DNA of 64,000 nucleotides from a virus (Duplodnaviria; Caudoviricetes): IMG/VR virus record IMGVR_UViG_3300031555_001542, positions 32,001 to 96,000 of that record; one strand, 5' to 3'. Shown piece by piece: positions 61,401 to 64,000 of this stretch (position 1 is its first letter; each line of letters starts with the position of its first letter). The notes under the pieces were generated by a model. It saw only the letters and a program-made list of their open reading frames with translations, ran no database searches and was not told where the DNA came from. The position numbers and the translations under genes were made by a program.

Positions 61401-64000
61401 CGACATTGACACGAATGTTAGATTGCTTGGCGAAGACGGCGCTAGTGATAGATTGCAAGCCCAAATTGCCGACTATAGAAGATTGGTTGATGAGCTTGTT
61501 GAAATGAGATTGCAGCTTGCAAGAAATTCTGATCTTACTAACGACGTAGATTTTTCTAATAGGTTTGCTGATACAGCAGAGAGAGCCGAGAGGGCACGGG
61601 CTGCAATTGAGGGAATTTTTAAGGAGTCTCAAAAACTTTCAAAGCTTGGTGAACCTGTTGCTGTTAGTACAGATAAAGTTTCTGATTTAACAAACTTAAA
61701 ATCTGCAATGATTGAGTTTGCAAACAGCACTTTAGATGGAGAGGTTAAGATTAATGGTTTCAACAAAGAAGGAAACCAGATGTATGTTACTCTCAATAAT
61801 GGCACTGGCGCAGTTAAGAATATTACTGTTGCACTTGATGGCGCAACTGATAAACTTATGGCATTTAGCACTGGCACAAGTAAGGCAACGAATGAGTGGG
61901 AAGACTTTAAGACACAAGCCGTTCAAGGCGCAAAGAATATAATTGGAATGTATGTTGGATTCCAAGAAGGCGTACAGGCCTTTAGAACTGGTGTTAATTA
62001 TGTAAAAGAAATTGACTTGGCTATGACTGAGTTAAAGAAAGTTACTGATGAGACTGACGCCAGTTATAAGCAGTTCTTAGATGATGCTGGTAGTACTTCT
62101 GCGATTATTGGCAGTACTATTAGAGATTTTACTGAGGCAAGTGCAACTTTTGCTAGACTTGGCTATTCTCTTGAGGAAAGCTCAAGCATGGCAGAGACTG
62201 CAATTATTTATAAAAATGTCGCAGATGGATTGGATACTGTTGAGGAGTCTTCTGAGAGTATCATTTCTACCATGATGGCTTTTGGTATTGAAGCTAATGA
62301 TACCATGAGTATTATTGACAGATTTAACGCTGTTGGCAATAATTTTGCTATTACTTCAGCTGGTATTGGCGATGCATTGCAAAGATCTGCATCGGCATTG
62401 TTTGCTGCTGGTAATACACTAGATGAATCTGTAGCTTTAGTTACAGCCGCCAACTCAGTTATTCAAAATCCAGAACAAGTTGGTACAGCATTAAAAACAT
62501 TAGCACTAAGATTAAGAGGTGCCAAAACAGAACTAGAAGAAGCAGGCGAAGACGTTGATGGAATGGCCGAAAGCACTTCACAATTACAAGCAAAACTAAA
62601 AGCATTGACGCATGGTAAAGTTGATATCATGCTTGATCCAGATACATTTAAGAGCACTACCCAGATTTTACGTGAAATGTCTGCAGCATGGGAGGATATG
62701 ACTGACATTGAACGTGCAGCTGCTCTAGAGCTTATGGGCGGTAAGCGTCAGGCCAATATTCTATCTTCTGTTATAACAAACTTCGAAACAGTCGAAGATG
62801 TAATTACCACCTCCATGAACAGTGCAGGCTCCGCCATGGCCGAAAACGAGAAATGGCTTGACTCAATTGAAGGTAAAACATATCAATTTACAAATGCTCT
62901 ACAAACAATGTGGAGTAATATGCTCGATTCTGAGGTCATCAAAGGCTTCTTAGACTTTGGAACAGATGCAGTTCAGTTCCTTGATACAGGTGCAGGAAAA
63001 GTAATTGCTTTTGTAGCTGCTTTAAAACTAGCAGCTAAATTCAAAGGCTTTAGTATTAAAGGTGTGGTTCAAGGGCTAGGAGACACAATAAATAAAATTA
63101 CAACGGCACAACAAACTTTGCAAACACTAGGAAAGACTACGCCCATTGGACAGGGATTTGATTTAACAAATGTTAACGCATACGCTCAGGCGGTTGCAAA
63201 CTTAACCGCAAAACAGCAAGCAAACCTATTAGCATCTCATGGTCTAAATCAAGAGCAAATTAGATATGCATTGACATTAAATCAAGTTGACGATGCAGCT
63301 ATGAGAGAAGCTATGGCCCATGTTCATGCAGCATCTGCAAAGCAGCAAGAAAATGCTGTTACAGCACAATCTATACAGCAAAAGGCAAAAGAGTTGGCAA
63401 TGTCTTTGAGAACTCAAGCTGCTACGGCAGATGAGACTCGTCAAAAAGAATTAAATGTTGTGGCAGATATTCTTGAGAATGCTACATCCGAAGAAGCAAT
63501 TAAAAACAACTTACAAGAAGTAGTCACGTCTGGAAGTGTTTCTGCGGCACTGAAGGCTGAGACCACTAGTACATTGGGATTAGATACTGCAAAGAAAGGT
63601 TTATTAGCAACAACGAAAGCATTAATGATAGCCAATCCAGTTGGTTTCTGGCTAACTGTTGGAACAACCATATTAAGTTTAATTCCAATTGTTTCTGGCC
63701 TTGTTGATACTTTCACGAAATCTGCTGATGAGATTAAACAAGAAGCAACTGAAATTTCTCAAGCATATTCTGACACAGTTAATGAAATCAATAGTAATTT
63801 AGAATCACTAGGTATTACCTTTGATGCGAAATCCATAACAACTCTAGAAAATGAATTTACAACATTATCAGCAGGAGTAGATCGTTATGGCAATAACATA
63901 TCTCTTACTTCTGATGAATATGAACGTTATAGAGAAATTTGTGAAAAAATTGTTGGTATTAACCCACTAATAGCGTCTGGGTATGATAGTGCAACAGAAG
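55465..64000 (+). CDS. giant tape measure protein with polyvalent N-terminal extension (partial, >2840 aa; absent from ORF track)
   Basis: Frame open from ATG 55465 (MAKEVNIDSLADK) to the window end; TP901-type TMP core from ~62000 (EIDLAMTELKKVTDET...IIDRFNAVGNNFAI...VGTALKTLALRLRG). Confidence 0.88.
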   Translation, partial: MAKEVNIDSLADKIADRLLAAKQQAREAGEDVGEEFAKGVVQGIQKHSKDFKTETTKQFEELQKITKRFKSKQSVSTADWNKAFELSKELMKSERYAKNVEEILGDVRATFSGIGEVSGIKNIVKELDKASDRLESVSWSQAGMYFKSRKKPAVEQPKTETPVVQADPAPVVKVEEKKQKAIQETTADLHDQKNAVEDASKAQEKYNQRMSEIKDKYSADIQEQKQRISNQEAWLKYLNGSLDESKFKTTGKKAATDQLRSLTNYMVNGRRNNYANDPGQYPKEMAEVAWMRGYQEAERQGVADSVLRRFDTDARYDFDANLKKLQDEYDMRKKIMDAAYEELKRLYLERDKEAFAAFTDNLMPDGPQSDEENRILSEITEQVAKKTLSYTEAKASLEKSIITLRNMASSEAKVNLQNLVNDLKKTYDAETFDKVFGADLNMFDCFDKIDDAGAKELYDMLIESNKTYQASLVKTIDVQKEFNKQMQDGNILYHAGDLSNPSKTQKTYPLGHVRPSKSSGIFNGFTGLYTTEDVDGFWGNEWSGAPISTIDASQYKLFNARTDELATKAKEFFDSLNGTIYGYIEDFSTGEIKKATDVKSIDELWTDFQEVFKNTNMTFEKFSEFIKKAQSLVFGKNFDFVEGLPDLDEGVVKTGEKSALQGVSKEVFNLDSFQTQLLKMLGFEGIDLRGTKHNGTYTGGTVIFDVKPESIKTTNEKWSDVMASHGYEIDEDDLAREEKRRQLAFDTANAYSQQADSAKEVAAAQKSDYYEMSHKEATDYIFANYDKDLWDRWFLRGEDDARSEIAKKLENDAKLKNAALNQMWHNYKAQTESDISYDDFLNSKIPVYRGERAIDLFGNIGESITKDAASFSLDKRIAKDFAGALDSRIGAVLETYISPKDTLGMPRPKYETESNAETEVLVPMNRIADSPEYLKFKQKLKEKQDIHSSGETSEDVEKTITSYEELCGVVARYNELVKKDIHRTTDEDFEFNDLLNRISSSTENVPLLKLREALNKDGGYDVDKLAGLIDFDKIAAQQKQKDAGKQLQEFIKLSKDILPEEMSIDQQNAYANMLQKIQTEGLSAADAIQELSSALKALNGHQDILEELNDVGPNNKFREYDDTVAVGYDRIQKLQKIRDGGTTGTYSTSSLLRANRDVWDIVKDNKFFSDIPEEGAQRLDKIDEIVQSVATKMLQKVNLTESDLVSQLLNIRNATGGNFRPNGKDIAWSHFATYDDDGNKHEVQKENGITYKVYAAFENIEDLNADIVSSIMSELTKAGFEGRLKTTTGSSHLGDRTGWIASTDQLVVHGSSKKDQEIAYNVLRNMKTPLSYLGGGIDTPDGSFTQTLASDSIEKYVRMQSDARKQSEKSLQDVLDLIDKMAKESGDSDAFNKRHKALINKANDLTSGADYNQLYNQLIENEDKYQQKLQESERLRAERTKQIEEYDIGAMPILDDESIPFEDRERIFTDFANKIMQDEITASEALERLSQAMDELRAKSKDMPDDIIESFGAENEHVAEIVSQLKKLSSIDLTRIFDSVDLRSFLQAFNIDSSNFAAFRKLFEELMQITNAMYNGVDVGNAFNLKMEEITNTIMRLGGNMVDLDDGGYATMMQEFYKHMSNTKVQFNDQIKADYTKDQWRSLYGTYKNRLTSDLTKGIPADSLYHELSGLFPSLFPEGVLSQQDQFKLIFEKLDEARQLQADNWKVLQGFTSSDRNDIQLGVDNMFNQMSDALLADSSATQLNAEADALKEVEQNATKAANAKGKFAQANKKLGDSAASSSEDLDDEADSLEDVNRAAANMPDVSAYDSTQVRVDANGRPYSVSGTATTEMIDGSHVRTTDTYQFDDDNNRWEYLGSVQSTERTREMVQALEEYYQILNRIQKLRLDTSGAIHTEEINKLETDDLARAYQRVCDLGIRVNDIEGQINLSVNQRQALLDVELRARQEMYDVIAKMEDKQATAAEKPYQKTVRDELKKSADIDTNVRLLGEDGASDRLQAQIADYRRLVDELVEMRLQLARNSDLTNDVDFSNRFADTAERAERARAAIEGIFKESQKLSKLGEPVAVSTDKVSDLTNLKSAMIEFANSTLDGEVKINGFNKEGNQMYVTLNNGTGAVKNITVALDGATDKLMAFSTGTSKATNEWEDFKTQAVQGAKNIIGMYVGFQEGVQAFRTGVNYVKEIDLAMTELKKVTDETDASYKQFLDDAGSTSAIIGSTIRDFTEASATFARLGYSLEESSSMAETAIIYKNVADGLDTVEESSESIISTMMAFGIEANDTMSIIDRFNAVGNNFAITSAGIGDALQRSASALFAAGNTLDESVALVTAANSVIQNPEQVGTALKTLALRLRGAKTELEEAGEDVDGMAESTSQLQAKLKALTHGKVDIMLDPDTFKSTTQILREMSAAWEDMTDIERAAALELMGGKRQANILSSVITNFETVEDVITTSMNSAGSAMAENEKWLDSIEGKTYQFTNALQTMWSNMLDSEVIKGFLDFGTDAVQFLDTGAGKVIAFVAALKLAAKFKGFSIKGVVQGLGDTINKITTAQQTLQTLGKTTPIGQGFDLTNVNAYAQAVANLTAKQQANLLASHGLNQEQIRYALTLNQVDDAAMREAMAHVHAASAKQQENAVTAQSIQQKAKELAMSLRTQAATADETRQKELNVVADILENATSEEAIKNNLQEVVTSGSVSAALKAETTSTLGLDTAKKGLLATTKALMIANPVGFWLTVGTTILSLIPIVSGLVDTFTKSADEIKQEATEISQAYSDTVNEINSNLESLGITFDAKSITTLENEFTTLSAGVDRYGNNISLTSDEYERYREICEKIVGINPLIASGYDSATE

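Overview
64 kb of a large tailed-phage (or prophage) genome, with every credible gene on the + strand. The gene order resembles SPbeta-like phages of Firmicutes; a Clostridia host is my inference. In order: small early-type ORFs; a YonO-like single-subunit RNA polymerase (DFDGD) with an overlapping Zn-ribbon gene; YonK-like, HU and metallophosphoesterase genes; a ~250 nt structured intergenic RNA; terminase, portal, protease/scaffold, capsid, neck and tail-tube genes; ~29 kb of modular fiber/receptor-binding genes, including two ~1900 aa CotH-kinase-like paralogs, one split by a group I intron with a GIY-YIG endonuclease; a lysis module with a HEXXH protease moron; RuvC; and a >2800 aa tape-measure ORF missing from the ORF track because it runs off the window. 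Main observations: (1) the tape-measure N-terminal extension carries two different ADP-ribosyltransferase-like domains and a possible lyase-like domain; (2) a 16-bp motif, ACARTACAAAATTAAT, occurs 8 times ahead of genes, including inside the intron, and is a candidate promoter for the phage RNAP; (3) an unclassified structured RNA sits at the head of the morphogenesis genes; (4) capsid and tail-tube genes use CTA for nearly all Leu. All family assignments come from motif recognition by eye, not from database searches.
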